In this document: in pieces, positions 9,357-20,199 of the stretch
How positions within the stretch are numbered: position 1 is the stretch's first letter
How the letters are laid out: every line of letters starts with the position of its first letter
NCBI GenBank assembly: GCA_965205505.1
Contig: CBDBHB010000007.1
Location: 352,001-416,000, forward strand
Direction: 5' to 3'
DNA from: Acidobacteriota bacterium
GTDB lineage: Bacteria > Acidobacteriota > UBA890 > WLXD01
Length of the DNA stretch: 64,000 bases
Made by a program: the position numbers and the translations under genes
Notes under the pieces: model-generated
What the model was told of the DNA's origin: nothing
The model's input: only the letters and a program-made list of their open reading frames with translations
The model's database searches: none

Positions 9357-9776
9357 CTAGTCGCTATAGAAGTAGGCTCCTGCCATCGCTGCGACCGGTA
9401 GCTCGACCAGACCCCATACGAGCCCTGTGACTACGAGCGGCGTACCGAGCATGCCGAGGATCCAGAAATTGCCGAGCCCCTGGAAGTAGTAGAGGACCCA
9501 CACGACGACGCCGGCACACATGGCCGTCTTGGGGCCGGCGCCGAAACGATCCCGCAGGACAACGTAAAGCCACATCATCGTGCAGGAGGCGACAAACGTC
9601 ATGACCACGAACATGCCGATCTGCGACCCGCCCACGCCCGCGACGCCCAGGGCGTCAAGGGCAGCTTCCTGCTGCTCGACGAGCAGGCCCTCGTTGAGCA
9701 CCAGCTGACTGATGGTCATCACGATACCGGCGACGATGCCGCTGACGATCAGCTTGCCCGTGTTGATTCCTTCCAT
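9357..9776 (-). CDS. Hypothetical 4-TM membrane protein
   Basis: RBS aggagg before ATG 9776; four hydrophobic helices; RFGAGPKTA. Confidence 0.75.
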   Translation of the reverse strand: MEGINTGKLIVSGIVAGIVMTISQLVLNEGLLVEQQEAALDALGVAGVGGSQIGMFVVMTFVASCTMMWLYVVLRDRFGAGPKTAMCAGVVVWVLYYFQGLGNFWILGMLGTPLVVTGLVWGLVELPVAAMAGAYFYSD

Positions 9777-10020
9777 CGGTGCGCCTCCTTCGCGCGGCGT
9801 CGCAAAGCGACGCCGGACGCGGACAGCAGTAGTCTGAGAGACGGCGGGATGGTACGCGCGCGCCGGGCGAAGGGTCAAAGGGGAGGCCGGGGAGCCCGGT
9901 CTAGCAAGCGTTGTCTCCCACCGGGCACCTAAGTAGAGTTAGCCTGCCCTGCCGCTCGAACGACGATGTCGCCGGCGCGCCGCGAGCGCCTGCGCCCGCG
10001 TCCAGACTTCCGGAGATCAC

Positions 10021-11667
10021 ATGTTCACCACAAAGCGCCGTCCGCTCGTCATCACCCTGATGCTGTTTCTCGCTGCCACAATCGCCGCTCCCGCTGCGGG
10101 GCGCGCCCAGCAAGACGACTTCGGCGGCATGCTTCCGGCTCCTGATCGCCGCCCTGACGAGGGCGTCGGCCCGTTCGGTCGCTTGATCATACGTGGGGTC
10201 ACCGTGATCGACGGCACCGGCGGTCCGCCGATGGGACCGGTGGACGTGGTGGTGGAGGGAAACCGCATCACCGAGGTGCAGAGCGTCGGTTACCCGGGTC
10301 TGCCGATCGACGAAGACCGGCGTCCGGGCGACGCAGACCACGAGATCGACGCTTCCGGCATGTATCTGCTGCCGGGTTTCATCGACCTGCACGGCCATAC
10401 CGGCGGCAGCACCAAGGCGCCCGACGCGGAGTACAGCTACAAGCTGTGGTTGGCGCACGGGATCACCACCTCGCGCGGCGTCGGGCATGGCAACTTCGAG
10501 TTCTCGCTGCACGAGCGGGAACGCTCCGAGAACAACGAGATCGTGGCGCCGCGCATGGTTTCCTTCGTGCGACCTGGCTCCGGCGCCGACTACCAAGGAC
10601 CCTCTGTGGAGGATCCCGGGAGTGCCCGCGAGTGGGTGCAGTACGCTGCACAGAAGGGCGCCGACGGCCTCAAGCTGGGCGCCCTCCCTCCCGACATCAT
10701 GGAGGCGCTGATCGACGAAGCCCACAAGCAGGGCATGGGCTCCACGGCCCACCTGGCGCAGACCGGAGTAATACAGATGAACGCGCTCGATGCTGCCCGC
10801 GTCGGCCTCGATTCGATGACCCATTACTACGGCCTGTTCGAAGCGCTGTACGAGGGAACCAGCATTCAGCCGTACCCTGTCGACCACAACTACTCGGACG
10901 AGCAGCACCGCTTCGGCCAGGTGGCGCGACAGTGGGAGCTGGTGAAGCCGGGCGGCGAGAAGTGGAGGGCTGTCATGCAGGAGATGCTCGACCTGGACTT
11001 CTACCTCAACCCGACGATGACGATCTACTCCGCCGGCCGCGACGTCATGCGAGCCCGCAACGCCGACTGGCACGAGGAGTACACGCTGCCCACGCAGTGG
11101 GATTTCTACCAGCCGTCGCGCCGGGCGCACGGCTCGTATTGGTTCTACTGGACGAGCTGGGACGAGATCGCTTGGAAGAACTTCTACCGCGTCTGGATGC
11201 AGTTCCTCGACGAGTACAAGGATCGCGGCGGCAAGGTAACCACCGGCTCGGACAGCGGTTTCATCTACCAGCTCTACGGCTTCGGCTACATCCTCGAGCT
11301 GGAGATGCTCCAAGAGGCGGGCTTCCACCCGCTCGAGGTTATCCGGGCGGCGACCTTGCACTCGGCGATGGAGATCAACAAGCCACGCGCCGAGGCCGAC
11401 CGGCTCGAGATCGGCCTTGTGCGTCGCGGCTACCTGGCCGACATGATCCTCGTGGATGAGAACCCGCTCGAGAACCTCAAGGTTCTCTACGGCACCGGTG
11501 CCGTGAAGCTCATGGACGACGGCACGGTGACGCGGGTCGGCGGCATCAAGTACACGATCAAGGACGGCATCGTGTATGACGCCGAGAAGCTGCGAGCCGA
11601 TGTCCGCGACATGGTGGCGCAGGCAAAGATGGAGCGCGCCATGGAAACTACCGCTGGCCAGGAGTAA
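10021..11667 (+). CDS. Exported amidohydrolase family protein
   Basis: Signal peptide, LLPGFIDLHGH, GSDSG, G.LADMILVDENPL. Confidence 0.9.
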   Translation: MFTTKRRPLVITLMLFLAATIAAPAAGRAQQDDFGGMLPAPDRRPDEGVGPFGRLIIRGVTVIDGTGGPPMGPVDVVVEGNRITEVQSVGYPGLPIDEDRRPGDADHEIDASGMYLLPGFIDLHGHTGGSTKAPDAEYSYKLWLAHGITTSRGVGHGNFEFSLHERERSENNEIVAPRMVSFVRPGSGADYQGPSVEDPGSAREWVQYAAQKGADGLKLGALPPDIMEALIDEAHKQGMGSTAHLAQTGVIQMNALDAARVGLDSMTHYYGLFEALYEGTSIQPYPVDHNYSDEQHRFGQVARQWELVKPGGEKWRAVMQEMLDLDFYLNPTMTIYSAGRDVMRARNADWHEEYTLPTQWDFYQPSRRAHGSYWFYWTSWDEIAWKNFYRVWMQFLDEYKDRGGKVTTGSDSGFIYQLYGFGYILELEMLQEAGFHPLEVIRAATLHSAMEINKPRAEADRLEIGLVRRGYLADMILVDENPLENLKVLYGTGAVKLMDDGTVTRVGGIKYTIKDGIVYDAEKLRADVRDMVAQAKMERAMETTAGQE

Positions 11668-11672
11668 TCGTC

Positions 11673-12662
11673 ATGTCCGAGATGATGCGCGCAGTCTGGT
11701 TCGAGCAATTCGGTGCGGCGGCCGAGGTACTCAACGTCGGCGAGCTGGAAGCGCCGCAACCTGAAGCCGGCGAGGTGCAGGTTCGCATCGCGGTCTCCGG
11801 CGTGAACCCGGTCGATGTGAAGCGACGCCTTGGCGGCCGCGGCGCGAGCCAAGGGTCACAGGTGGTGCCACATTTCGACGGGGCCGGCACCATCGAGTCG
11901 GTCGGCGACGGCGTGCCTGACTCCCGCCTGGGCGAACGGGTCTGGGTGTACGAGGCGCAGTACGAACGCGCCTTCGGAACCGCCGCCGAGCTCGCGGTGG
12001 TGGCTTCCGATCTCGCGGTACCCTTGCCCGACGTCGCCGACTTTCACGCCGGCGCCTGTCTGGGCATCCCCGCGCTCACCGCACACCGCTGCGTGTTCGC
12101 CGACGGGTCGGTGGCCGGGCAGACGGTGCTGGTGACGGGAGGGGCCGGAGCGGTGGGCAATTACGCCGTCCAGTTCGCCAAGCTCGACGGCGCGACGGTC
12201 ATCACCACCGTGAGCAGCGACGAAAAGGCCGAGCTAGCGCACCAAGGCGGCGCCGACCACGTGGTGAACTACCGCACCGAAGATGTCGCCGAGCGCCTCG
12301 GCGAGCTCGCCGGTGCATCGGGGCTCGATCGCGTCGTCGAGGTCGAGTTTGGCGGCAACCTCGAGGCCAGCATGGGCGCCCTCAGGAACAACGGCGTGAT
12401 CGCCACCTACGCGTCGCAGGCCAACCCGGAGCCGGCGGTGCCGTTCTATGCCCTGGCCTACAAGAACATCACCGTGCGACACGTGCTCGTTTTCGGCATG
12501 CCCGACGACACCAAGAGGCAGGCAGTCGCCGATATCTCGCGATGGCTGGAGGGCGGTCAGCTGCGACATCACCTGGGGCCGCGGTTCAGCCTCGATCAGA
12601 TCGCCGCTGCGCACGAGGCGGTCGAAGCCGGTGTCTTCGGCAAGGTGCTCGTCGATCTCTAG
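11673..12662 (+). CDS. NADPH:quinone reductase (zeta-crystallin/MDR family)
   Basis: SGVNPVDVK, DGAG, VTGGAGAVG, AAHEAVE.G..GKVLV. Confidence 0.92.
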   Translation: MSEMMRAVWFEQFGAAAEVLNVGELEAPQPEAGEVQVRIAVSGVNPVDVKRRLGGRGASQGSQVVPHFDGAGTIESVGDGVPDSRLGERVWVYEAQYERAFGTAAELAVVASDLAVPLPDVADFHAGACLGIPALTAHRCVFADGSVAGQTVLVTGGAGAVGNYAVQFAKLDGATVITTVSSDEKAELAHQGGADHVVNYRTEDVAERLGELAGASGLDRVVEVEFGGNLEASMGALRNNGVIATYASQANPEPAVPFYALAYKNITVRHVLVFGMPDDTKRQAVADISRWLEGGQLRHHLGPRFSLDQIAAAHEAVEAGVFGKVLVDL

Positions 12663-12673
12663 CAGGCCGTGGT
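12659..12673. repeat. MITE scar on the quinone reductase stop codon
   Basis: ctagcaggccgtggt, identical to the first 15 bp of the MITE. Confidence 0.7.
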
Positions 12674-12682
12674 CACCGTGGG

Positions 12683-13462
12683 CTACTTGCTCTCGGTGTG
12701 GCAATCGACGGCAAGCGCCTGTCCGGAGACGTGGCCACCGGCGTCTGAACACACAAAAAGGATCATCGCGGCTACGTCGTCCGGCGTCACGAACGAGCGC
12801 ATCGAAATCTGCGCCGTCCATTCTTCTCGAACCGCTCGCTCCGAGACATCCCGAGCGGCTGCCTCTGCGGCGATGACACGGTCGATGCGCTCGCCCTCGA
12901 CAGCCCCGGGGCAGATGGCATTGACTCGAATACCGTGCGGCCCGAGCTCCATCGCCAACGTCTTGGTAAGGCCGATGAGCGCCCACTTCGACGCCACGTA
13001 GGGCGATCGACGGGCGAACCCGAGGAGGCCGGCGGTCGAGGACATGTTGATGATGGATCCGCCGCCGGTCGCCTTCAGCAGCGGCACGGCGTAGCGGGCG
13101 CAGTGGAACGCGCCGTCGAGGTTCACCGAAAGGGTGGCGCGCCAATCCTCGATCGAGACTTCCTCGACCGGCGCCACCGGCCCGGCGATGCCAGCGTTGT
13201 TCACCAGGATGTCGAGCCCGCCCAGCCCCGCCACCGCCTCTTCAAAAAGCCCTGCTACCTGATCCGCGTCAGCCACGTTGGCGAGCGTCGCTCCGAGGCC
13301 GGGAAGCTCTTGCGCCGCAGTGGCAAGGGCGTCGGCGTCGATATCGCAGACGTGAACCCTCGCTCCGGCCTCCACGAAGCGCCCGGCCACTACTCGGCCG
13401 ATACCGGAGGCCCCGGCAGTAATAATGACCCGCTTGTCGGCGAGATCCGGTGGAGTCGACAC
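12683..13462 (-). CDS. SDR family oxidoreductase
   Basis: TAGASGIG, NNAGI, YVASK, NAICPG. Confidence 0.92.
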   Translation of the reverse strand: MSTPPDLADKRVIITAGASGIGRVVAGRFVEAGARVHVCDIDADALATAAQELPGLGATLANVADADQVAGLFEEAVAGLGGLDILVNNAGIAGPVAPVEEVSIEDWRATLSVNLDGAFHCARYAVPLLKATGGGSIINMSSTAGLLGFARRSPYVASKWALIGLTKTLAMELGPHGIRVNAICPGAVEGERIDRVIAAEAAARDVSERAVREEWTAQISMRSFVTPDDVAAMILFVCSDAGGHVSGQALAVDCHTESK

Positions 13463-13572
13463 GCTTCAGTTCCTCCCTTGACGATCGTTGCCGGAACCGC
13501 GATGCTCCGCTGCCGTCCGCGGATTGCGCAGCATAACGTAGCGTCACCCTTTTCGAGATCGGTCGCCGACAC

Positions 13573-14115
13573 GTGAACCTCCCCACGCTGACCTTCGCTG
13601 CCCTGCTGCTGACGGCGTTGGTGGTCGGCGCAATCCTGCTCGCTCCGGGCGCCGAGATCGCCGAGCACGTTCCGCACCCGCGCGTCGGGGCGATGTTCGC
13701 GGGTGGCGATGGCGCTGCACGACACGACTCGACCCTGGCGCTCGGCTGGGTCTTCGGAACGCTCCAGTTGCTGTTCTTCGCCGCCCTGATGGCCCTCGGG
13801 GTCCGGAAGAAGGGATCGCTGCGGGGGTTCCTACCGACGCTCGGGTTCTGTACCGGCGTTCAGCTCGTCCTCTGGACGTCCATAGTGCTCACCTACCGCA
13901 GCTATGCCGCCGGCTCCGAAAGCGTCCTGATTCTGGGCATGCATGCGTCGACCGCACTCGTGATGCTGGGCTTCTGGCCGCTATCGGCGATATACACAGT
14001 GGCCTTTGTCGCCGGCTTCGACCGCTGGGTGCTGACGCCCGAGGACGAAGCCGAGTATGAGCGCCTTCTCGCCGCGCGCGGCAGGTCGGGCAGCCGCGAC
14101 ACAGAGCCGAGCTGA
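13573..14115 (+). CDS. Hypothetical membrane protein coupled to the downstream symporter
   Basis: Four TM segments; stop overlaps the next ATG (TGATG). Confidence 0.75.
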   Translation: MNLPTLTFAALLLTALVVGAILLAPGAEIAEHVPHPRVGAMFAGGDGAARHDSTLALGWVFGTLQLLFFAALMALGVRKKGSLRGFLPTLGFCTGVQLVLWTSIVLTYRSYAAGSESVLILGMHASTALVMLGFWPLSAIYTVAFVAGFDRWVLTPEDEAEYERLLAARGRSGSRDTEPS

Positions 14116-15611
14116 TGGAGGCGCTTCGTACCGAGATCGTTCTCGCGTTCGTCGTCATCTACATGGGCGCCTGCATCGGAGTCGGCCTGTGGGCCCTGCG
14201 GCGCACCGAGTCGACGCGTGACTTCTTCATGGCTGGCCGCGACATCGGCATCGCCGTCACCGGCCTGGCGATTTTCTCGAGCACGATGAGCGGCTTCGGT
14301 TTCGTCGGCGGCCCCGGGCTGGTGTACTCGATGGGCATCGCCTCGATATGGATCGTGCTCACCGCCGCGGCCGGGTGGGGAGTCAACGACTTTCTCATCG
14401 CCAAACGGCTGCGCATGTTTGCCGGTTTCTTCGACACCGTGTCGCTGCCCGATGCTGTCGCTGCGCGATACGGCAACGAGACCACTCGGCTGCTTACCGC
14501 GCTGGCGATCCTGCTTGGCGTGATGGGTTACTTGGCCACGCAGATCCTCGCCATGGCGACCGTGCTGCAGAGCATCCTGCAGGGCACCGACAAGTTCGCC
14601 GATGTCGGCCTGGTTGCCTGTGTGGTGGTATCGCTGTCGGTGTTGCTGTTCTACTGCGTCACCGGTGGGATTCTCGCCTCGGTCTACACGGACGTCTTCC
14701 AGGGTTCCGTGATGATCGTGGCGGCCGTGCTGGTGTTCATCGCCGCCTGGGTGGCCCTGCCGGGCGGACCCACGGAAGTAATGGAGACGATCGCGCTTGA
14801 CGATCCCGAAGCCGCGGGCCCGTGGGGCACCTTGGGCATGATCGGTTGCCTGTCGTGGATGTTCATGTTTGCGGTGGGCGTGGCCGGCCAGCCGCATCTG
14901 CTCACCAAGGGCATGATGATCCAGCGGCTGCGTGACTACCGCTGGGTACCGGCGCTCACGGTGTTTGGTTACATGGTCGCTTCGCTGTTGTGGGTCGGCA
15001 TCGGCCTGGTCATGCGCGCGCTGGTACTACAGGGAGCGCATCCGGAGCTCGCGACTGCCGACGCGGCGGCGCCGGAATTCCTGCAGAGCTACGCCCATCC
15101 GCTGCTCGCCGGCGTTGTCATCGCCGGGCTCTTCGCGGCCATCATGTCGACGGCTGATGGTTTCTTGAACATCGGCGCCGCGGCCATCGTGCACGACATT
15201 CCCCATGCGCTGCGCGGCCGATCGCTGGAGCACGAGCTGTTCTGGGCGCGCACCGGCACGGTGTTGATCGGCGTCGTCGCTGCGGTCTTCGCACTCTACT
15301 CGCATTACCAGAACGCCCGGTTGGTGGCGCTCCTGGGCGCCTTCGGCTGGGGCACGTTCGGGGCCGCTCTGGTGCCGGTGGTAGCAGTCGGGTTCAACTG
15401 GAAGCGTGCCACGGCGCTAGCCGCCAACACTGCAATCGCCACCAGCCTGGTCATCAACTTCTCGGTGGAAGTATTCAACATCTCGTTGCCGCACAACATC
15501 CATGGCGGCACGCTGGCGCTGTTGGTATCGCTGTTACTTTTCTTCGGCATCTCCTACGCGTCACCGCCGCCGGTGCTCGATCCTGATGTCGAAGCGTTGA
15601 TGGACATCTGA
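14115..15611 (+). CDS. Sodium:solute symporter (PutP/PanF-like)
   Basis: DFFMAGR, SGFGFVGGPG, YTDVFQG, AAIMSTADG. Confidence 0.9.
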   Translation: MEALRTEIVLAFVVIYMGACIGVGLWALRRTESTRDFFMAGRDIGIAVTGLAIFSSTMSGFGFVGGPGLVYSMGIASIWIVLTAAAGWGVNDFLIAKRLRMFAGFFDTVSLPDAVAARYGNETTRLLTALAILLGVMGYLATQILAMATVLQSILQGTDKFADVGLVACVVVSLSVLLFYCVTGGILASVYTDVFQGSVMIVAAVLVFIAAWVALPGGPTEVMETIALDDPEAAGPWGTLGMIGCLSWMFMFAVGVAGQPHLLTKGMMIQRLRDYRWVPALTVFGYMVASLLWVGIGLVMRALVLQGAHPELATADAAAPEFLQSYAHPLLAGVVIAGLFAAIMSTADGFLNIGAAAIVHDIPHALRGRSLEHELFWARTGTVLIGVVAAVFALYSHYQNARLVALLGAFGWGTFGAALVPVVAVGFNWKRATALAANTAIATSLVINFSVEVFNISLPHNIHGGTLALLVSLLLFFGISYASPPPVLDPDVEALMDI

Positions 15612-15646
15612 CCGGCCGGTTCTGTCGCACTGCAGGGGCGACGGGC

Positions 15647-15757
15647 TCAGATCCGGCGATGCGGCTGCACCTGATAGAGCACGACCGACATCAGACGCCC
15701 GAGACCGGCCGCCAGTAGGAGTCCAACGGCGGTTCCGATCACCAGCTGCCGCATTCC
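15647..15757 (-). pseudogene. C-terminal fragment of an FtsX/ADOP permease
   Basis: GMRQLVIGTAVGLLLAAGLGRLMSVVLYQVQP parallels the C-terminus of the permease at 29148-29400. Confidence 0.55.
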
Positions 15758-15940
15758 CGTGTACCCGGGCGTACAGTGAGCAGCGTCGGCCCGCTTCGGT
15801 TCCCGCTGCGCTCGCGTAGCACGGAATCCCGGCGGCCCAATCTCCATGACACATCGATCGACTACGCAGTAAGGTCTCCGGCGACCACCGTGAGACGCGG
15901 AGGTCGACCTGTACCGACGGCTGCTGGACGACGCGGGCGA

Positions 15941-15995
15941 ATGAGCGATCAGTTCTTTGAGAGACCGATTCTCAACAACCCCTACGAGTACCCAA
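15941..15995 (+). pseudogene. N-terminal remnant of a type III restriction Res-like gene
   Basis: MSDQFFERPILNNPYEYP resembles the recalled N-terminus of BPTD_3080-type Res subunits; similarity stops after about 18 codons. Confidence 0.5.
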
Positions 15996-16133
15996 ACTCC
16001 AAGCGTTCAGGTGTCCACGGAAGTGAGGTAACTTCACCCCCCTCACCAACTGCAGCAGCGTGACCGGACACCGCCTAGCTGGTAACTCTCGGCTACAATC
16101 TCCACCTTCTGCATCTCAAGCACCCCACGGATC

Positions 16134-18634
16134 ATGAAGAAGACCGTCTCTATCTGGGCCATTGTGGTAATCACAGCAGGCTTGTCAATAGGCATTGGTT
16201 GTCGTGGAACTTCTGTAGACACAGCGCCACCCCGAGCCATCGAAGGTGTCCTTGACCTGACCGATTGGGATTTTGACGAGGATGGTCCCATCGACCTTTC
16301 CGGCGAATATGAGTTTCGCTGGCAACACCACTCGATACCGACAGCGCCGCCGGGACCAGACCGCTCAGACATAGATGGCTTCATTGAGGTGCCTGGATCC
16401 TGGAACGGTCATGAGGTCGATGGAAAGAAACTCCCCGGCCTGGGTCATGCTACGTACCGGTTAAGGGTTCTTCTGAAAGATACTCTTCCTCTCGCCTTCA
16501 AGTTCTTGGATATGGGTACCGCATACACAGTAATTGCAAACGGCGACGAGATTCTATCTGTCGGCAAAGCCGGTTCGACCCCCAGACAACCGTGCCTCGG
16601 TATTTCCCTCAAGTGGTCGAGTTTGTGCCCGGACTAAATCGTATCGACCTTGTGTATCAGGTATCGAACTTCCATCACAGAAGCGGTGGCACGTGGGAAG
16701 TTGTCCGCCTGGGAACCAGGGAATAGATCCACAGAATCAGAGACAACCGCCTTGCCGGCGACTTGATCTTGTTCGGAAGCATTCTAATTATGGGCCTTTA
16801 TCACATTGGCCTTTTTGCATTCAGACGAAAGGACGCGTCACTAATCTATTTTGCGCTGTTCTGACTTCTGGTCGCGGTTAGAATCCTTACTACAGCGGAA
16901 CGATACCTTCTTCATCTCTTTCCGACCATGAGCTGGGAACTATTCGTTAAGATCGAGTATCTCTCCTATTATCTCGGAGTCGGGGCTTTTGCTCTGTTCT
17001 TTCGCTCTCTATTTAGCAACGACTTCAACACGACTCCATTGAGTAAGGGTTTCAATACAACGGTTCTGCGCATAGTTGTCGCGGTTAGCGTTGTATGTTC
17101 CTTGGTCGTCTTGACGACGCCGGTGATAATTTTCTCCTATACGTCCCAAGGGTATCAGCTATTCACGATATGGATCCTTAGTTATGGATTCTATGTTGTC
17201 CTTCGGGAGACGATTCGCAAGAGAGAAGGAGCGATCTTCATTCTAGCCGGCTACTCAGTTCTGTTCATAGCAATCATTAACGACATCTTGGATGTCAACG
17301 AGATAGTTCAGACTGGGCACATGCTGGGATTGGGGCTGTTTGGATTTATTCTTTCGCACGCATTGCTGCTGTCATTTCGTTATTCGAGCGCTTTCAGGAT
17401 TATTGACTTGCAGCGCCAGGACTTGGAACGGACAAATATCAGATATAGGAACGAAATGATCGAGCGAAGGCTGGCTGAAGAAGAAGCCCTGGAATTGCAA
17501 AGCAGGCTTGCGCGTTCACAGAAGATGGAAGCCATTGGGCGCTTGGCGGGTGGCATCAGCCACGACTTCAACAACCTCTTGACTTCCATCATGGTGGGCA
17601 GTGAACTCGTTTGGGACGGCCTTCGGCGCACAGACCCGCTCCGCAAAGAGGTGGAGGACATCACGGCGGCGGCCTACCGTGGCGCTTCGCTGACGGCTGG
17701 GCTCCTGTCGTTCAGTCGTCAGCGGGTGCTTCAGCCGGAAGTCCTGCACCTTGACGCTGTCGTCACTGGAGTCGAAAAGGTGCTCCGGCGCGTCATGAAT
17801 GAGAACATCGAGCTGGTCAGGGTGCCGGACGGGGGACGCGGATGCGTCAATGCCGACCCAGGGCAGGTCGAGTCGCTCATCTTGAATCTGGCTGTCAATG
17901 TCGGGGACTCTATGCCCAAAGGTGGCACGCTCACGATTAGGACCGCCGACGTTGATCTGGACGAGGACTATTGCAATAGGCGTGTTGATGCCAGGCTAGG
18001 GCCTTACGTGGTGTTGGTAATGACCGACACCGGTTCTAGTATGGACGCCGAGACTCAAAGCCACATCTTTGAGCCTTTCTTCACGACCAAAGAGAAAGGC
18101 AAGGGGACGGGGCTGGGTCTGTCGACGGTCTACGGCTTCGTAAAGCAGAGCGGCGGGCACATAGAGGTCGACAGTGACCCCGGGCGAGGAACGAGCTTCA
18201 GGATCTACCTGCCGCGGGTCGACGAAGCGGTCGGAAAGCTACCACCTCAAGCGACCTCTGAGCTGCCGCATGGGTCGGAGACCATTATGCTCGTGGAAAA
18301 CGGAGAGCGAGTTCGGCGAGCGCTGGTCAAGGTGTTGCGCCACTGCGGCTACGAGGTGTTCGATATAGGGCACCCTGTCGACGCGATTCAGGCGTGTAGA
18401 GATCACAGTGGACCGATTCATCTGATGGTAACCGACATCGTGATGCCCGAGATGACCGGCGTGAAGCTGGCCGAAAAGATAGCCTGGATGTACCCGGACA
18501 TAAAGATCTTGTTCATGTCGGGCTATACCGAAGAACTCGTTCATCCATTACCGTCGGGATCCGCGTTCCTGGCGAAGCCGTTTGGCTCCCGAGACCTGGC
18601 GCAGAAGGTGCGCAAGCTGCTGGATTCCGCTTGA
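16134..18634 (+). pseudogene. 7TM-DISM hybrid sensor histidine kinase/receiver, disrupted 5' half
   Basis: Frameshift near 16585; the continuing frame reads QVSNFHHRSGG but has TAG at 16724 and TGA at 16862. 16928-18634 is open: HDFNNLL, GKGTGLGL, receiver TDIVMP. More AT-rich than the flanks. Confidence 0.85.
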
Positions 18635-18639
18635 ATAGC

Positions 18640-19023
18640 GGTCCGTGGCGGTAGTGGATTTCAAGCCGGGTAGGCAGAAGCGGGGGAACAAGGCGCCGTT
18701 TCAAGAAGAAGTGCGGAGATCAGGCGGCGTTGGTGCATGGCTCCTGATCTCAGCGCATCATCGTGGCAAGGTCCCCGATCTGGAGTTGCCACCCATGAAG
18801 TACCCCGTGACGATCCGCGGGGAGCGCCACTACTTCTGGCGCGCTGTTGATCAGGACGGCGACGTGATCGATATCTTGGTCCAACGGCGACGAAACGCCT
18901 GCGCCGCCAACTTCGAGGGCGGGCCTTTGGGACCTGGGGCAAGGTAGTCACCGCCTGAGCCAAGTCGGCTCTAGGCCGCAGCTCGCCCGGAGCCGAGCGT
19001 CGCGTCCTTAACTTGACAGTGCC
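18640..19023 (+). mobile_element. Internally deleted IS6-family element
   Basis: VTIRGERHYFWRAVDQDGDVIDILVQRRR; C-terminus AFGTWGKVVTA*; right end TTAACTTGACAGTGCC (reverse complement GGCACTGT..., IS6-type). Left end is tentative. Confidence 0.8.
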
Positions 19024-19082
19024 CTCGCGTAAGTTCAACAGACGGCAAAGGAAATCAACTCTCGTTAACCGAGTCCTCATCA

Positions 19083-19123
19083 CACACGGTGGAAGTCCCA
19101 GGTTCAAATCCCGGTGCGCCCAC
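19083..19123 (+). tRNA. 3' half of a tRNA-Val-like gene (att-site remnant, non-functional)
   Basis: cacacggtggaagtcccaggttcaaatcccggtgcgcccac gives anticodon-arm 3' side, T-arm and acceptor 3' strand; no D-arm or 5' strand upstream. Confidence 0.65.
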
Positions 19124-19134
19124 TCCTGAATATC

Positions 19135-19605
19135 GCAGAGCTTCGTTCCGCCATTCCGCGCCTGGGCTCGCTGTTCGCTCCCAGGCGAGGGGAGCCCGCC
19201 TGCCTAGGTCTTGGGCTTGGTCACCCGGTTGCCCACCGGTTTGTGGACGCGGAGACGACAGGGCCTCCCAGGTTCCTGGGCATCCCTCGTGCGCGCATGC
19301 CCCGCTCTCGGACCCCGGTGGAATCTCGGTGTCAGGCCCTTTCCGACACCTCGATGCTGCCTTCCGCTGTTGTGACGGCGTCGGCTTCTACGCCTTCCAA
19401 CTTTCGGGGCTCTATCACGCAGCCTGCTCGCTCCCTGTGTACGCTTCGCGGCGCCGGTTACCCGCTCACCACGCAACACTCGGTTCCGGCTGGTGGCCAG
19501 CCTTTGCCGGGCGGGGCTGTTTACCCGCCGGGATGCTCAGAGGATTTCCGAGCCTGTCATCTTTCGACCTCTCTTCCCTCCTCTCCAGGCTTTGCCTGGC
19601 GCAAC
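19135..19605 (-). mobile_element. 5' portion of a group II intron (no RT ORF, no domains V/VI)
   Basis: Minus strand begins GTTGCGCCAGGCAAAGCCTGG and contains GAAGCGTACACAGGGAG..TGATAGAGCCCCGAAA and AACCTGGGAGGCCC, typical of domains I-III. Confidence 0.8.
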
Positions 19606-19916
19606 ACAACTTCCGGGTATATCTCTTTCTCAGATGGAAGAAGGTAGAGGATGCGATAGTCTTTACGAAGCAGAATGTCCTCTCCGTCCTTAAGCAATGC
19701 AACGATCAGATCTACTCCGACAAGGTAGAGATTGTCCCTCTGTCCGACGTCATCAAAACCCACGGCGTTCGTCGGCCGTTGCCTAAGGATGCTGACGCGA
19801 GAAAGAAGTTGCTAATCCACAGTGGGTTTCTCAAAGAGAAAGGGGTTCCCTTCTACCTTTCCACGCGCAAGAAGGGGACGCTTGATCCGACATTCGATGC
19901 ATCGTCGCTGCGGTAG
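19606..19916 (+). pseudogene. 3' fragment of an AT-richer gene abutting the intron end
   Basis: Open frame HNFRVYLFLRWKK...DASSLR* starts at the intron boundary with no start codon. Confidence 0.5.
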
Positions 19917-20199
19917 CGTCTCGTTCGGCTCAACGCACAATGTCGCTATCGCGGCACGAATGGCGCACACTCGCCGAGACGACAGCCTACCCCTCGCCCA
20001 GCGTAGTTCCCCTACTAGACCATAGCCGACGGGCTCGGCGTCCGCAGGAAATAAGTCGAGGCCTCAGAATTGATTCTGGCGGCCGTCGACGAGGCCTCCA
20101 CAGCCGGTGCTGGTCTTGAAGAACTCCGATAGCTGCGGATCGCCATCATCTGGATACGAGTCTCTCCTACCGAGCGGCGTCGACCATAGAGAGGAGAAT

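Noticed and set aside
9901-11361. Long antisense ORFs (e.g. 9901-11361, 21686-22819, 30183-31619)
   Set aside because: Shadow frames of well-supported genes in high-GC DNA; no motifs.
16862-16864. Selenocysteine recoding of TGA at a likely Cys position
   Set aside because: The same gene also has a TAG and a frameshift; no SECIS evident.
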